DNA of 25,158 bases, taken from the IMG/VR virus record IMGVR_UViG_2671180680_000002. One strand, written 5' to 3'. The number at the start of each line of letters is the position of its first letter. Position 1 is the first letter of the stretch. Positions 10,006-19,630 of the stretch are shown here, in pieces. A program made the translations under genes and the position numbers. The notes beneath the pieces are model-generated. The model searched no databases and was not told where the DNA came from. It saw nothing but the letters and a program-made list of their open reading frames with translations. This stretch comes from a virus (lineage: Duplodnaviria; Heunggongvirae; Uroviricota; Caudoviricetes).

Positions 10006-10704
10006 TTACTGCGAAAGTTTGTTAATGGAAAGGAAGCCGCCAAAGTTGCCGACGTTATTGCGAAACTTACAGCCACTCAGGCATTTGCTGCATTTATCCT
10101 TCGTGATGTCGGACGTTGGCTGGTCATATTCATCCGCGACCGCCGGACCGTGATAACCGCACTCATCGCCGCGATAGGTCCAGGTGCAGGTGTTGGCCAG
10201 CATGATACGTCCCGGAAAAACAGCGCCATCTGTTTCCGTCGGCGTGGACAGTACAAAAGAGGCACTCACCGCGCTCAGTTCGCTGCACTGCTCAATGCGC
10301 CAGCGGCTGATCACCTCCTGCTCCGGATCGGCGTCACTGTTTCCGTTGACGAAGTTCACCGCATCCAGAAAACGGGCGTAAACCTTACGCCGGACCACCG
10401 TTCCGCCGACCAGACTCTGTAGATCTTCCGCCATCCCGGTGACCATACCGTACAGGTTAGAAACCATCAGCGTGGGGCGCGTACTGGTGCCTTTGCCATT
10501 CAGTTCAAAACCACTCCCCTGAATGGGATACGGCTGATACTGTCGCCCCTGCCAGGTGACCGGCTCACCTTTTTCGTTCTGCTCATTACAGAAAAAATAA
10601 CGTTCTCCACCGACCTCTGTCAGATCGATTTCCCAGAGCACCACGCTGGCCGACTGCTCCGCACGGGTGCATTCATTCAGTGTTTCCTGCCGGATATCCT
10701 GCAT
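10006..10704 (-). CDS. L: tail tip assembly protein L
   Basis: 232-aa ORF MQDIRQETLNECTRAEQSASVVLWEIDLTEVGGERYFFCNEQ... with a C-terminal Cys cluster. 699 nt as in lambda L. Confidence 0.93.
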   Translation of the reverse strand: MQDIRQETLNECTRAEQSASVVLWEIDLTEVGGERYFFCNEQNEKGEPVTWQGRQYQPYPIQGSGFELNGKGTSTRPTLMVSNLYGMVTGMAEDLQSLVGGTVVRRKVYARFLDAVNFVNGNSDADPEQEVISRWRIEQCSELSAVSASFVLSTPTETDGAVFPGRIMLANTCTWTYRGDECGYHGPAVADEYDQPTSDITKDKCSKCLSGCKFRNNVGNFGGFLSINKLSQ

Positions 10705-11033
10705 CAGTTCACCACCTGTTCAAACTCTGCGCTGAACTCAACACGCAGCATACTGACCCGCGACGACCATTTTGCGCAGGTCACCTTTATCTGCCGCCAC
10801 TCATAAGGCGGCGTCCACAGAAAGGCTTTCCAGCCCCCGTGCTCTTCCAGAAACGACTCCAGTACCATGGCCTCCTCACGGGGGACAGAAAGCGTCACGC
10901 TGTACGTTTTCAGGTTGGCATTCAGCCCGGCAGGCGCTCGCTGGGAATAGCCATCACCAAAGCGCACCTTTCTTACAGAAGGGGCCGAAGCCACATCCAT
11001 ACCGGGTTTCACTTTCCAGCGGAAGGTTTTCAT
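10704..11033 (-). CDS. M: tail tip assembly protein M
   Basis: 109-aa ORF MKTFRWKVKPGMDVASAPSVRKVRFGDGYSQRAPAGLN..., 330 nt as in lambda M. Start overlaps the H stop. Confidence 0.93.
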   Translation of the reverse strand: MKTFRWKVKPGMDVASAPSVRKVRFGDGYSQRAPAGLNANLKTYSVTLSVPREEAMVLESFLEEHGGWKAFLWTPPYEWRQIKVTCAKWSSRVSMLRVEFSAEFEQVVN

Positions 11034-13556
11034 CGTCCACCTCCGGAGAACAGGCCACCATCACGCATCTGTGTCTGAATTTCATCACGGGCACCCTTGC
11101 GGGCCATGTCATACACGGCCTTCATCATCTGTGGACCTGGCAGACCATTCGTACCGTCGTTCTGAATCACCACGTGATTGTTCTGATTAAAATTAATGCC
11201 TTCAGCCCGCCGCATCTGCGCCGGACTTCCGGCACCGCCCACATAACCACCTTCCGCATAGCCGCGCATCAGCCGGTAGAGATTCCCCACGCCAATCCGG
11301 CTGGTTGCCTCCTTCGTGAAGACAAATTCACCACGNNNNNNNNNNNNNNNNNNNNNNNNNNNNNNNNNNNNNNNNNNNNNNNNNNNNNNNNNNNNNNNNN
11401 NNNNNNNNNNNNNNNNNNNNNNNNNNNNNNNNNNNNNNNNNNNNNNNNNNNNNNNNNNNNNNNNNNNNNNNNNNNNNNNNNNNNNNNNNNNNNNNNNNNN
11501 NNNNNNNNNNNNNNNNNNNNNNNNNNNNNNNNNNNNNNNNNNNNNNNNNNNNNNNNNNNNNNNNNNNNNNNNNNNNNNNNNNNNNNNNNNNNNNNNNNNT
11601 TTTAACCTGTGACATACTGTCCGTGGCGCTCTCTTCCCACTCACTCCAGCCGGACTTCAGGCCTGCCATCCAGCTCCCGCGAAGCTGGTCTTCAGCCGCC
11701 CAGGTCTTTTTCTGCTCTGACATGACGTTATTCAGCGCCAGAGGATTATCGCCATACTGTTCCTTCAGGCGCTGTTCCGTGGCTTCCCGCGCTGCCTGCC
11801 GGTCAGTCAGCCCCCGGTTTTTCGCATCAATGGCTGCCCGTTTTGCCCGTTGCTGCTGTGCGAATTTATCCGCCTGCTGCGCCAGCGCATTCAGGTGCTC
11901 CTGATACGTAACCTTGTCACCAAGTGCAGCCAGCTGGCGTTTGTACTCCAGCGTCTCGTCTTTATGCGCCAGCAGGGATTTCTCCTGTGCGGACAGCTGG
12001 CGACGTTGTGCCGCCTCCTCCAGTACCGCGAACTGACTTTCTGCCTTCCACAAATCCCGGCGCTGCTGGCTGATTTTCTCATTCGCTCCGGCATGCTTCT
12101 CCAGCGTCCGGAGTTCTGCCTGAAGCGTCAGCAGGGCCGCATGAGCACTGTCTTCCTGACGATCGCCCGCATACACCTTCACGCCGGACTGTTTCGGCTT
12201 TTTCAGCGTCGCTTCATAATCCTTTTTCGCCGCCGCCATCAGCGTGTTGTAATCTGCCTGCAGGATTTTTCCGTCTTTCAGTGCCTTGTTCAGTTCTTCC
12301 TGACGGGCGGTATATTTCTCCAGCGGCGTCTGCAGCCGTTCGTAAGCCTTCTGCGCCTCTTCGGTATATTTCAGCCGTGACGCTTCGGTATCGCTCTGCT
12401 GCTGCGCATTTTTGTCCTGTTGACGCTGTTGATCTACCCTCTTTTGGGCTGCATCCCGCTCCAGGCGTTTTTTTTCACGATCATCCCAGTAACGCGCCCG
12501 TGCTTCATCGTTAACGAAATAATCATCCTTGCGCAGATTCCAGATGTCGTCTGCTTTCTTAAACGCAGCCTCTGCCTTAATCAGCATCTCCTGCGCGGTA
12601 TCAGGACGACCAATATCCAGCACCGCATCCCACATGGATTTGAATGCACGTGCAGTCCTGTCTGCCCAGGTCTCCAGCGTGCCCATGTTCTCTTTCAGGC
12701 GGCGGGTCTGGTCATCAAACCCTTTCGTTGCGGCCTCGTTCGCCGCCTGCAATGCCCCGGCTTCATCGCCGGAACGCTGCAACTGAGCAACATACGCAAT
12801 CTGCTCCGCCGTCACGTTATGGAACTGGCGTGCCATCGCCGTCAGCCCCGACGTCGGGTCTGTGGTCAGCTTCCCGAAGGCTTCAGCGACCTTGTCCACC
12901 TCCACGCCGGATGCATAGGAGAAACGCGCCACACTCTGGCTGATGGACGCAATCTGAGCCTCACCGCTTACCCCCGCCTTAACCAGTGCGCTGAGTGACT
13001 CGCTGGTCTGGTTAAACGTCAGCCCTGCCGCCTGCCCGGCTCTGGACAGGACCAGCATACGATCTGCCGTCAGTCCCGCCTGATTACCGGAAAGGACCAG
13101 CGTTTTGTTGAAATCGGACAGGGTTGAGTTGCCCTGATACCAGGCATACGCCAGCGCACCGGTCGCCACCGCCAGCGAGGTGGCCCCCACCATCGGCAGG
13201 GTGATCGCGCCGGCAAGCCCCCTGAACATGGGGATCATCCCGCCGAAGGAGTCCTTAACCTGACCACCCTGTTGCAGCAGGATCAGCCAGGGATTCTGCC
13301 CCCCTGCAAGCTGCGTGGCCACGTCGGTGAACTGTGCAGGCAGCATACGCATGGCGGCTTTATACTGCCCGACGGAAATCCCCGCTTTCTGTGCAGCCAG
13401 CGCCTGTCGGCTCAGCGACTGTTCAACGACTGCCGCTGTTTTTTTCGCATCACTTTCCGTACCGGAAAAATGACGCCTGACTCTGGCCATCTGCTCGTCA
13501 AATCTGGCCGCATCCAGACTCAAATCAACGACCAGATCGCCTACCGGTTCAGCCAT
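11030..13556 (-). CDS. H: tail tape measure protein H (interrupted by N-run 11336-11599)
   Basis: N-terminus MAEPVGDLVVDLSLDAARFDEQMARVRRHF, coiled-coil-rich centre, C-terminus ...ARKGARDEIQTQMRDGGLFSGGGR, all lambda gpH-like. The two flanks of the N-run are in different frames, which I treat as a gap artefact. 8-nt overlap with T and 4-nt overlap with M as in lambda. Confidence 0.9.
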
Positions 13557-14387
13557 ACCGGACTCCTCCTGCGATCCCTTCTGATACTGTCATCAGCATT
13601 ACGTCATCCTCCGTCATGTCCGCCACATCCGGGGAAGCGGGGATAACTTCATTCCCGTCCGGGCCAAAGCGGACACCTCCGGCAAGCCCTGCCGCTTTCT
13701 GCATCAGCACATCATCTTCAGGCTCTTCGTCAGCCTCGCGCCGGTTCAGCAGACTGAAATCCAGCGGATGCATCTCCGGATCGCTGAAAAACAGGCTGAG
13801 CACGGTGTACGTCAGCCCGGAAAAGTGCATATCCAGCAGAACATCATGAAAATAATGGGTACTGTAAAAGCGGTGCCAGTCGGCATACTCCGTGGATGAC
13901 ATCCCGGCAAGCATGGCGCGCCAGTCGGGTCGCCCCATCTCACGCGCCAGTTTCAGGGCAAAACTCAGCTCACCGTCGAACACTTTCCCGCAGAAACAGG
14001 CTCTGCAGGCCCGGCGTCCTCTGCCTGTTCAGGAGCATCATTCACCACAAACTCATACATACCGGACAGCCGGTACACCACGTTTTCAGCATGAGAAATT
14101 GCCTCTGTGGGCCAGGTGGTAAGCACTTCCTGCTCAATCTGTTTAACGGCTTCATTCATGGACGGCATCTGCGTCTTCTTCGGATGGTTATGCCACAGGG
14201 ACATCGCAACCACAAAAGCGCCGGTTCTGATGGCGTCTTCCACAGTAAACTTCCGGTTGCTGTCTGACTCCGCCTGTTCTGCCTGCCGTTTCATCAGGTC
14301 GAGATGCTCAATACGCTGCAGGGCTGACAGTTCAGAAAGCGTGACGGTCACACCGTTATGTTCAAATGATTCGGTTTTCAGGAACAT
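13549..14387 (-). CDS. GT: tail assembly chaperone G-T fusion (programmed -1 ribosomal frameshift product)
   Basis: G frame (13965-14387) and T frame (13549-13983, MFDGELSFALKLAREMGRPDW... in the ORF track) overlap at the slippery heptamer G GGA AAG (13983-13989). The T frame has no ATG of its own. Confidence 0.8.
13965..14387 (-). CDS. G: tail assembly chaperone G
   Basis: 140-aa ORF MFLKTESFEHNGVTVTLSELSALQRIEHLDLMKRQAEQ..., 423 nt as in lambda G. Confidence 0.9.
   Translation of the reverse strand: MFLKTESFEHNGVTVTLSELSALQRIEHLDLMKRQAEQAESDSNRKFTVEDAIRTGAFVVAMSLWHNHPKKTQMPSMNEAVKQIEQEVLTTWPTEAISHAENVVYRLSGMYEFVVNDAPEQAEDAGPAEPVSAGKCSTVS
13983..13989 (-). promoter_or_regulatory. -1 programmed ribosomal frameshift slippery site GGGAAAG (G to G-T)
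   Basis: Plus strand CTTTCCC at 13983-13989 is minus-strand G GGA AAG in the G zero frame, 6 codons before the G stop. Confidence 0.8.
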
Positions 14388-14402
14388 CGCTGACTCTCCG
14401 GA

Positions 14403-15143
14403 TTAACTGGCGGTGACGTTGATTTCTGCAACCGCAGCAAACTCACCATTACCAGATACGACCGGAATGTTGACCTTGCCTGCAGCAACACCTTTCACGG
14501 TGATGGTCATACCACTGACCGACACGGTGGCTTTTGTTTTATCCGCAGACACCGCACGGAAGCTCTTGTCGGTTGCGCCATCCGGCTGGAATGCCACGGT
14601 CAGCGTGGTGCTCTGCCCTTTCACTACGGAAGCACTGGCGGGTGTCACCGTCATGCCGGTCGTCGCCGTCACCGTGCTGCGATCTTCTGCCATCGACGGA
14701 CGTCCCACATTGGTGACCTTCACCGTGCGGGTAATCACCTCCTTCGCCGTCACCGCCTTACCGATACTGCTGACCCAGCCACGGAACACATCGACCGTGC
14801 CGTTCGGGAAGCGGATTTTATAGGCACGGGTATCACCTTCATTAAACCACGCCAGCAGCGCCTGCTGCCCCTGCTCTCCGGGCATCCACGCCAGCGTGAA
14901 GCTGGTATCTCCGGCAGATTTCTGCCCCTGCCCGGTCGCAGTCCAGTCTGCATCTTCATCATCGAGATAGCTGTCGTCATAGGACTCAGCGGTCAGTTCG
15001 CCGGGCGTCAGGTCTTTAACTTTTGCCAGACGCGACCAGTCAACGTCTGAAAGCGGGTTCGCATAAGGGTCACCGCTCCCCTTATAAACCCACAGGGTGG
15101 TCCCGGCACCTTTCACCGGCATTGTAGGATTTGGTACAGGCAT
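14403..15143 (-). CDS. V: major tail protein V
   Basis: ATG at 15143 preceded by GAGGA gives [36 protein letters not shown]..., 741 nt as in lambda V. The ORF-track extension to 15173 lacks support. Confidence 0.93.
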   Translation of the reverse strand: MPVPNPTMPVKGAGTTLWVYKGSGDPYANPLSDVDWSRLAKVKDLTPGELTAESYDDSYLDDEDADWTATGQGQKSAGDTSFTLAWMPGEQGQQALLAWFNEGDTRAYKIRFPNGTVDVFRGWVSSIGKAVTAKEVITRTVKVTNVGRPSMAEDRSTVTATTGMTVTPASASVVKGQSTTLTVAFQPDGATDKSFRAVSADKTKATVSVSGMTITVKGVAAGKVNIPVVSGNGEFAAVAEINVTAS

Positions 15144-15150
15144 AGCGTCC

Positions 15151-15546
15151 TCACATTTCATAGATAATGACATAAGTCAGATCGGCTGAACTCCACAGGC
15201 CCGCATCATCGTCGCGCCGGTAGTCATAGCCGCTGGCCACCATACTGGTGATCAAATCTGACAGTGCCGGGATATCGCTCATCACCGGATAAATCCGGGA
15301 CTCCATCCACGAATCCAGCTCTGAATCCGGCACCTGAGCAGGCAGGAAAACTTCAATATGCAGCTCCGCCTGCCAGGTATCGCTGTCCAGCTCTTCGCCC
15401 GTGTATTCAGCGCCGGTGAGATAAACGGCAATTGCCGGAAAATCTTCCTCATCAAAAACAGCGGGGCGACCATCAAAAAGCGTCGCCCCGGTGTCATGCT
15501 TCTCCAGTGCATCCAGTACGGCTGCACGGAGTTCAGTATGTTTCAT
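15151..15546 (-). CDS. U: tail terminator protein U
   Basis: 131-aa [55 protein letters not shown]..., 396 nt as in lambda U. Confidence 0.93.
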   Translation of the reverse strand: MKHTELRAAVLDALEKHDTGATLFDGRPAVFDEEDFPAIAVYLTGAEYTGEELDSDTWQAELHIEVFLPAQVPDSELDSWMESRIYPVMSDIPALSDLITSMVASGYDYRRDDDAGLWSSADLTYVIIYEM

Positions 15547-16088
15547 CGCTTTATTACCATTCTCAGTTGATGCTGCAGCGCATAGCCCAGCTCTTTCGGA
15601 AGACGTTCACGCCGTATCCGTTCAATATTCTGTTTAAACGCCGTGGTCAGCGGCACCGCCATCGGGATTTTCACCACATCAATGGGGTAACGGTTTTTCC
15701 CGGCCACACGCTGCATAACATGCCACCGGCCGTTTTTCAGTTGCTGANNNNNNNNNNNNNNNNNNNNNNNNNNNNNNNNNNNNNNNNNNNNNNNNNNNNN
15801 NNNNNNNNNNNNNNNNNNNNNNNNNNNNNNNNNNNNNNNNNNNNNNNNNNNNNNNNNNNNNNNNNNNNNNNNNNNNNNNNNNNNNNNNNNNNNNNNNNNN
15901 NNNNNNNNNNNNNNNNNNNNNNNNNNNNNNNNNNNNNNNNNNNNNNNNNNNNNNNNNNNNNNNNNNNNNNNNNNNNNTATCGCGGATGAAGCAACGCGGT
16001 TAATGGCCATTGCGGCGGCACCGGGCACCGCCGTTTTGCTGATACGGCTGAGGTTTTCAACGGCCTGCTCAAGACCTTTTATGGCCAT
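15543..16088 (-). CDS. Z: tail completion protein Z (interrupted by N-run 15748-15977)
   Basis: N-terminus MAIKGLEQAVENLSRISKTAVPGAAAMAINRVASSAI and C-terminus ...[16 protein letters not shown] match lambda gpZ. 546 nt here against 579 nt in lambda, so the N-run is not true length. Confidence 0.88.
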   Translation of the reverse strand: MAIKGLEQAVENLSRISKTAVPGAAAMAINRVASSAIXXXXXXXXXXXXXXXXXXXXXXXXXXXXXXXXXXXXXXXXXXXXXXXXXXXXXXXXXXXXXXXXXXXXXXXXXXXXXQQLKNGRWHVMQRVAGKNRYPIDVVKIPMAVPLTTAFKQNIERIRRERLPKELGYALQHQLRMVIKR

Positions 16089-16099
16089 ACATCCCCCTT

Positions 16100-16453
16100 T
16101 CAGCGGCGACGGTTAACGGCAGGCGGTACGCCCCGTCCAAGCCAGAGATGACAACTTCCGCCATCATCCGGCGAAACCCGATCTACCCAGAAATTTTCCT
16201 CACCGATGGTCAGCGTGTCTCCACGCCGCAGCTGCCGCACCTCATCAGTCCGGACAAACAGGGACGGGCTGGAGCCTTCAACGCGCACGCCCTGTCCGGC
16301 ATAGCTGATATTTTCAGGGTCATCAAAAACACCACGTATCACCGCACCTGACTGCTCACCGGATGTCATGGTGGCTGACGTTCCCATGTACCCGCGTATC
16401 GTTTCATCGGCGCGGGCAATGGCAGCATCGAACAGGTTATCGAAATCAGCCAC
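16100..16453 (-). CDS. FII: head-tail joining protein FII
   Basis: 117-aa ORF MADFDNLFDAAIARADETIRGYMGTSATMTSGEQSGAVIRGVFDDPENISYAGQGVRVEGSSPSLFVRTDEV..., 354 nt as in lambda FII. Confidence 0.92.
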   Translation of the reverse strand: MADFDNLFDAAIARADETIRGYMGTSATMTSGEQSGAVIRGVFDDPENISYAGQGVRVEGSSPSLFVRTDEVRQLRRGDTLTIGEENFWVDRVSPDDGGSCHLWLGRGVPPAVNRRR

Positions 16454-16464
16454 AGCGCCTCCCG

Positions 16465-16863
16465 TTATTGCATTCTGGCCAGGCCGCGCTCTGTCATTTC
16501 GGCTGCCACACCGGCAGAGACACGAAACGCCGTTCCCGGCAGCACAAATGCCACAGGTTTATCCCGCGTGGCGTGAAGTGCATCAGTATGCAGCGTCACC
16601 AGTGCCACGACCGTGACCAGTTCAGCCGTATCCTGAATCACGGTATCCGGCTGCGCTGATACCACCTCATTTTCATGCCCGGTCAGCACATTTTCCCGGC
16701 TGAGAGGGGTGTCCTGACCGGCAGTTTCATCCGTGTCATCAAGCTCTTCTTCCAGCTCTGCCACACGAAGCGCCAGTTCTTCTTTCGTTCCCGTCAAACT
16801 GACATCGCGGTTCAATTGCTCACCCAGCTCCTGAAGACGGGCAATCAGTTCATCTTTCGTCAT
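16465..16863 (-). CDS. FI: DNA packaging / head assembly protein FI
   Basis: ATG at 16863 preceded by GGAGG gives MTKDELIARLQELGEQLNRDVSLTGTKEELALRVAELEEELDD..., 399 nt as in lambda FI. The ORF-track extension to 16902 is rejected. Confidence 0.9.
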   Translation of the reverse strand: MTKDELIARLQELGEQLNRDVSLTGTKEELALRVAELEEELDDTDETAGQDTPLSRENVLTGHENEVVSAQPDTVIQDTAELVTVVALVTLHTDALHATRDKPVAFVLPGTAFRVSAGVAAEMTERGLARMQ

Positions 16864-16884
16864 GAACTCCTCCACAGAGAGAAA

Positions 16885-16902
16885 ATGGCCCCGAAGGGCC
16901 AT
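16885..16902 (-). promoter_or_regulatory. E/FI intercistronic stem-loop
   Basis: Perfect 7-bp stem ATGGCCC (16885-16891) / GGGCCAT (16896-16902) with 4-nt loop, between the E stop (16905) and the FI RBS. No U-tract follows on the minus strand. Confidence 0.35.
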
Positions 16903-16904
16903 GA

Positions 16905-17930
16905 TTACGCCAGTTGAACGGACACGAACTCATCAGGATCAGCCAGCAGCATCAGCGGTGCTGACTGAATCATGGTGAACTCACGCGCCGGATCGCCGGT
17001 GGTCACCCAGTTTTTCGGGTAACGGGCAGAAGCGTTAATGCCTTCGCGCTGTGCGTCCGCATCCTGAATGCAGCCATAGGTGCGCAGACCGCGAGCCTGA
17101 GTGTTCCCCAGCACCATCGTGTTGTCCGGCAGGAAGTTCTTTTTGACGCCGTTTTCCACGTACTGTCCGGAATACACGACGATGGCCACATCGCCATACA
17201 TTCCCTTATAGGACACCGCTTTGCCCAGGTCTTTTACCGCTGTCTCCAGCTCGGAATGAGAGCCGCGACGGGTATCCAGCTTCTCCTTGACGGCTTTGAA
17301 GGAACGGAACAGCGCCCAGCCTTTCGGGTCAAACACGATGATATTCACCACACCGCTGGCGTTCAGCGCGTAGGCTTCGATATCGTCGGTCGGGTCATAC
17401 GTGGACTTGTCACGCTTGCTCCACTCCGTGACGCCGGACTGTGTGATGTTGTTCGCCGCACTGCGGCCCATATCCACCTCAACCGGATCGAAGGCTTCAC
17501 CGGTCATGGTGTATTTGCCCTTGAGCACGGCAGAAACTGCCTGCATCTCTTCGACCTGAGCAATGGCCAGCTCTTCGTCACGCATGTTCTGCATGATGAT
17601 GCGACGGCGGCGGTAAGCCGGGTCCGCCAGATTCTGCGGATCTTCATCCGGCAGGCGACGCAGGGTCATCTGCGGATTCACCTCATGCTTGGGTTTGACA
17701 TATCCCGGCGTAAATTCAGAGGTGGAGCCGCCACGGGAACGGATAACCTCACCGGAAACAATCGGCGAAACGTACAGCGCCATGTTTACCAGTCCCGGAA
17801 TTTGTGAGAGATAGACTTTCTCCGTAGTGAAGGGATAGCTCTCACGGAAAAAGAGACGCAGAAACAGCGGATCAAACTTAAATTTCTGCTCATTTGCCGC
17901 CAGCAGCTGGGCGGTTGTGTACATCGACAT
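16905..17930 (-). CDS. E: major capsid protein E
   Basis: ATG at 17930 gives MSMYTTAQLLAANEQKFKFDPLFLRLFFRESYPFTTEKVYLSQIPGLVNMALYVSPIVSGEV... ending ...ADPDEFVSVQLA. 1026 nt as in lambda E. Confidence 0.95.
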   Translation of the reverse strand: MSMYTTAQLLAANEQKFKFDPLFLRLFFRESYPFTTEKVYLSQIPGLVNMALYVSPIVSGEVIRSRGGSTSEFTPGYVKPKHEVNPQMTLRRLPDEDPQNLADPAYRRRRIIMQNMRDEELAIAQVEEMQAVSAVLKGKYTMTGEAFDPVEVDMGRSAANNITQSGVTEWSKRDKSTYDPTDDIEAYALNASGVVNIIVFDPKGWALFRSFKAVKEKLDTRRGSHSELETAVKDLGKAVSYKGMYGDVAIVVYSGQYVENGVKKNFLPDNTMVLGNTQARGLRTYGCIQDADAQREGINASARYPKNWVTTGDPAREFTMIQSAPLMLLADPDEFVSVQLA

Positions 17931-17985
17931 AAAAAAATCCCGTAAAAAAAGCCACACAGGCGGCCTTTAGTGATGAAGGGTAAAG

Positions 17986-18318
17986 TTAAACGATGCTGAT
18001 TGCCGTTCCGGCAAACACGGTCCGTTTTTTCGTCTCGTCGCTGGCAGCCTCCGGCCAGAGCACATCCTCATAACGGAACGTGCCGGACTTGTAGAACGTC
18101 AGTGTGGTGCTGGTCTGGTCAGCAGCAACCGCAAGAATGCCAACGGCAGCACCGTCGGTGGTGCCATCCCACGCAACCAGCTTACGGGTGGAGGTGTCCA
18201 GCATCAGCGGGGTCATTGCAGGCGCTTTCGCACTCAATCCGCCGGGCGCGGTTGCGGTATGAGCCGGGTCACTATTGCCCAGCGGCTGGTAATGGGTAAA
18301 GGTTTCTTTGCTCGTCAT
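17986..18318 (-). CDS. D: head decoration protein D
   Basis: ATG at 18318 gives [43 protein letters not shown]... ending TAISIV. 333 nt as in lambda D. Confidence 0.93.
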   Translation of the reverse strand: MTSKETFTHYQPLGNSDPAHTATAPGGLSAKAPAMTPLMLDTSTRKLVAWDGTTDGAAVGILAVAADQTSTTLTFYKSGTFRYEDVLWPEAASDETKKRTVFAGTAISIV

Positions 18319-18327
18319 AAACATCCC

Positions 18328-18933
18328 TTACACTGGTGTGTTCAGCAAATCGTTAACGGCATCAGATGCCGGGTTACCTGCAGCCAGCGGTGCCGGTGCC
18401 CCCTGCATCAGACGATCCAGCGCAGTGTCACTGCGCGTCTGTGCACTCTGTGGTGCTGCGGCCAGAATACGGCGGGCCGTTTCCACGGTCATACCGGGGG
18501 TTTCGGCCAGCACGCGTGCCTGTTCTTCGCGTCCGTGAGCCTCCTCACAGTTGAGGATCCCCATAATGCGACTGTTTTCTGCCGCAACCGCTGCGGTGAT
18601 CTGCGCGTTCACGTCCGGCTGCGCCGCGCTGGCGTTCTCGCCCTCCGTCGCTTGCACCACGCCAGTAACGTCAGCCTGCGAAGCAGTGGCTGAAACAGTT
18701 GTTGATTGAGTCTCTTTGGTCATTCGCCCTCCTGAGAGACGGGATTTACGTGCATCCAGTGCATCACGCATGACGGTGATCGCATCGGTACTGTTAACAA
18801 GTTCATCAGCCAGTCCGGCATCAATGGCCTCCTGACCGCTGTACACTGCAGCCTCGGTATCCAGCACAGCCTGCACGGACAGGCCGGTATATGCCGACAC
18901 CTTCTGTGCAAACATCCGGCGGGTTGCATCCAT
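18328..18933 (-). CDS. Nu3: scaffolding protein Nu3 (in-frame internal start within C)
   Basis: In-frame ATG at 18933 gives MDATRRMFAQKVSAYTGLSVQ... (201 aa), co-terminal with C. 606 nt as in lambda Nu3. Confidence 0.7.
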   Translation of the reverse strand: MDATRRMFAQKVSAYTGLSVQAVLDTEAAVYSGQEAIDAGLADELVNSTDAITVMRDALDARKSRLSGGRMTKETQSTTVSATASQADVTGVVQATEGENASAAQPDVNAQITAAVAAENSRIMGILNCEEAHGREEQARVLAETPGMTVETARRILAAAPQSAQTRSDTALDRLMQGAPAPLAAGNPASDAVNDLLNTPV

Positions 18934-19353
18934 CCGGGACTGCAATGTTTCCCGGACATCATCCGGTAGATGGCTGTAGGGGTTGCCATCCACCTTATGG
19001 CTGCCGCTGTAAATCAGCGTGATTTCCACGCCCTGTTTCTCCAGTGCAGCGCCGTAATTACTGTGAGCCATCATGACGCCGATGGAGCCTGTCCGGGCGG
19101 TCTGCGTGACCAGACGCCGGGAGGCGGCACTGGCAAGCAGCTGACCTGCGCTGCAGTTCATGTCATTGGCCAGCGCCCATACCGGCTTTATGTCACGCAC
19201 ACGGGCGATGATGTCAGCGCAGTCAAATGCTCCCGCCACCATTCCGCCCGGTGGCGTCCGGCTGACCAGCGTGCCGGACACCGGCAGCACGGCGATGCCG
19301 TTCATTACCTGATAACTGCGGGCCTGTCGTGGTCCGTCATCATCACCGGATAA
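18328..19353 (-). CDS. C: prohead protease/scaffold C (5' end lost in N-run 19354-19630)
   Basis: Visible part LSGDDDGPRQARSYQVMNGIAVLPVSGTLVSR...GMVAGAFDCADIIARVRDIKPVWALANDMNCSAGQLLASAASRRL... is lambda gpC-like. Ends 9 nt before D as in lambda. Confidence 0.85.
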   Translation of the reverse strand, partial: LSGDDDGPRQARSYQVMNGIAVLPVSGTLVSRTPPGGMVAGAFDCADIIARVRDIKPVWALANDMNCSAGQLLASAASRRLVTQTARTGSIGVMMAHSNYGAALEKQGVEITLIYSGSHKVDGNPYSHLPDDVRETLQSRMDATRRMFAQKVSAYTGLSVQAVLDTEAAVYSGQEAIDAGLADELVNSTDAITVMRDALDARKSRLSGGRMTKETQSTTVSATASQADVTGVVQATEGENASAAQPDVNAQITAAVAAENSRIMGILNCEEAHGREEQARVLAETPGMTVETARRILAAAPQSAQTRSDTALDRLMQGAPAPLAAGNPASDAVNDLLNTPV

Positions 19354-19630
19354 NNNNNNNNNNNNNNNNNNNNNNNNNNNNNNNNNNNNNNNNNNNNNNN
19401 NNNNNNNNNNNNNNNNNNNNNNNNNNNNNNNNNNNNNNNNNNNNNNNNNNNNNNNNNNNNNNNNNNNNNNNNNNNNNNNNNNNNNNNNNNNNNNNNNNNN
19501 NNNNNNNNNNNNNNNNNNNNNNNNNNNNNNNNNNNNNNNNNNNNNNNNNNNNNNNNNNNNNNNNNNNNNNNNNNNNNNNNNNNNNNNNNNNNNNNNNNNN
19601 NNNNNNNNNNNNNNNNNNNNNNNNNNNNNN

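Noticed and set aside
10772-13000. Plus-strand ORFs antisense to M and H (10772..11605, 11850..12380, 12420..12998)
   Set aside because: Antisense shadows inside the tape measure and M genes; one spans an N-run.
14403-15173. N-terminal extensions of V (to 15173), FI (to 16902), E (to 17957), D (to 18324) and the DUF1398 ORF (from 24488)
   Set aside because: Internal ATGs with Shine-Dalgarno sequences give products of exactly the lambda lengths; the ORF-track starts are just the furthest upstream in-frame starts.
17256-17807. 183-aa plus-strand ORF antisense to E
   Set aside because: Nested inside the major capsid gene on the opposite strand; composition typical of antisense frames.
18328-19353. 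Possible internal deletion in protease C (..VSRTPPGGMVAGAFD..)
   Set aside because: My recollection of lambda gpC here is not reliable enough, and the adjacent N-run makes length comparisons meaningless; needs alignment.
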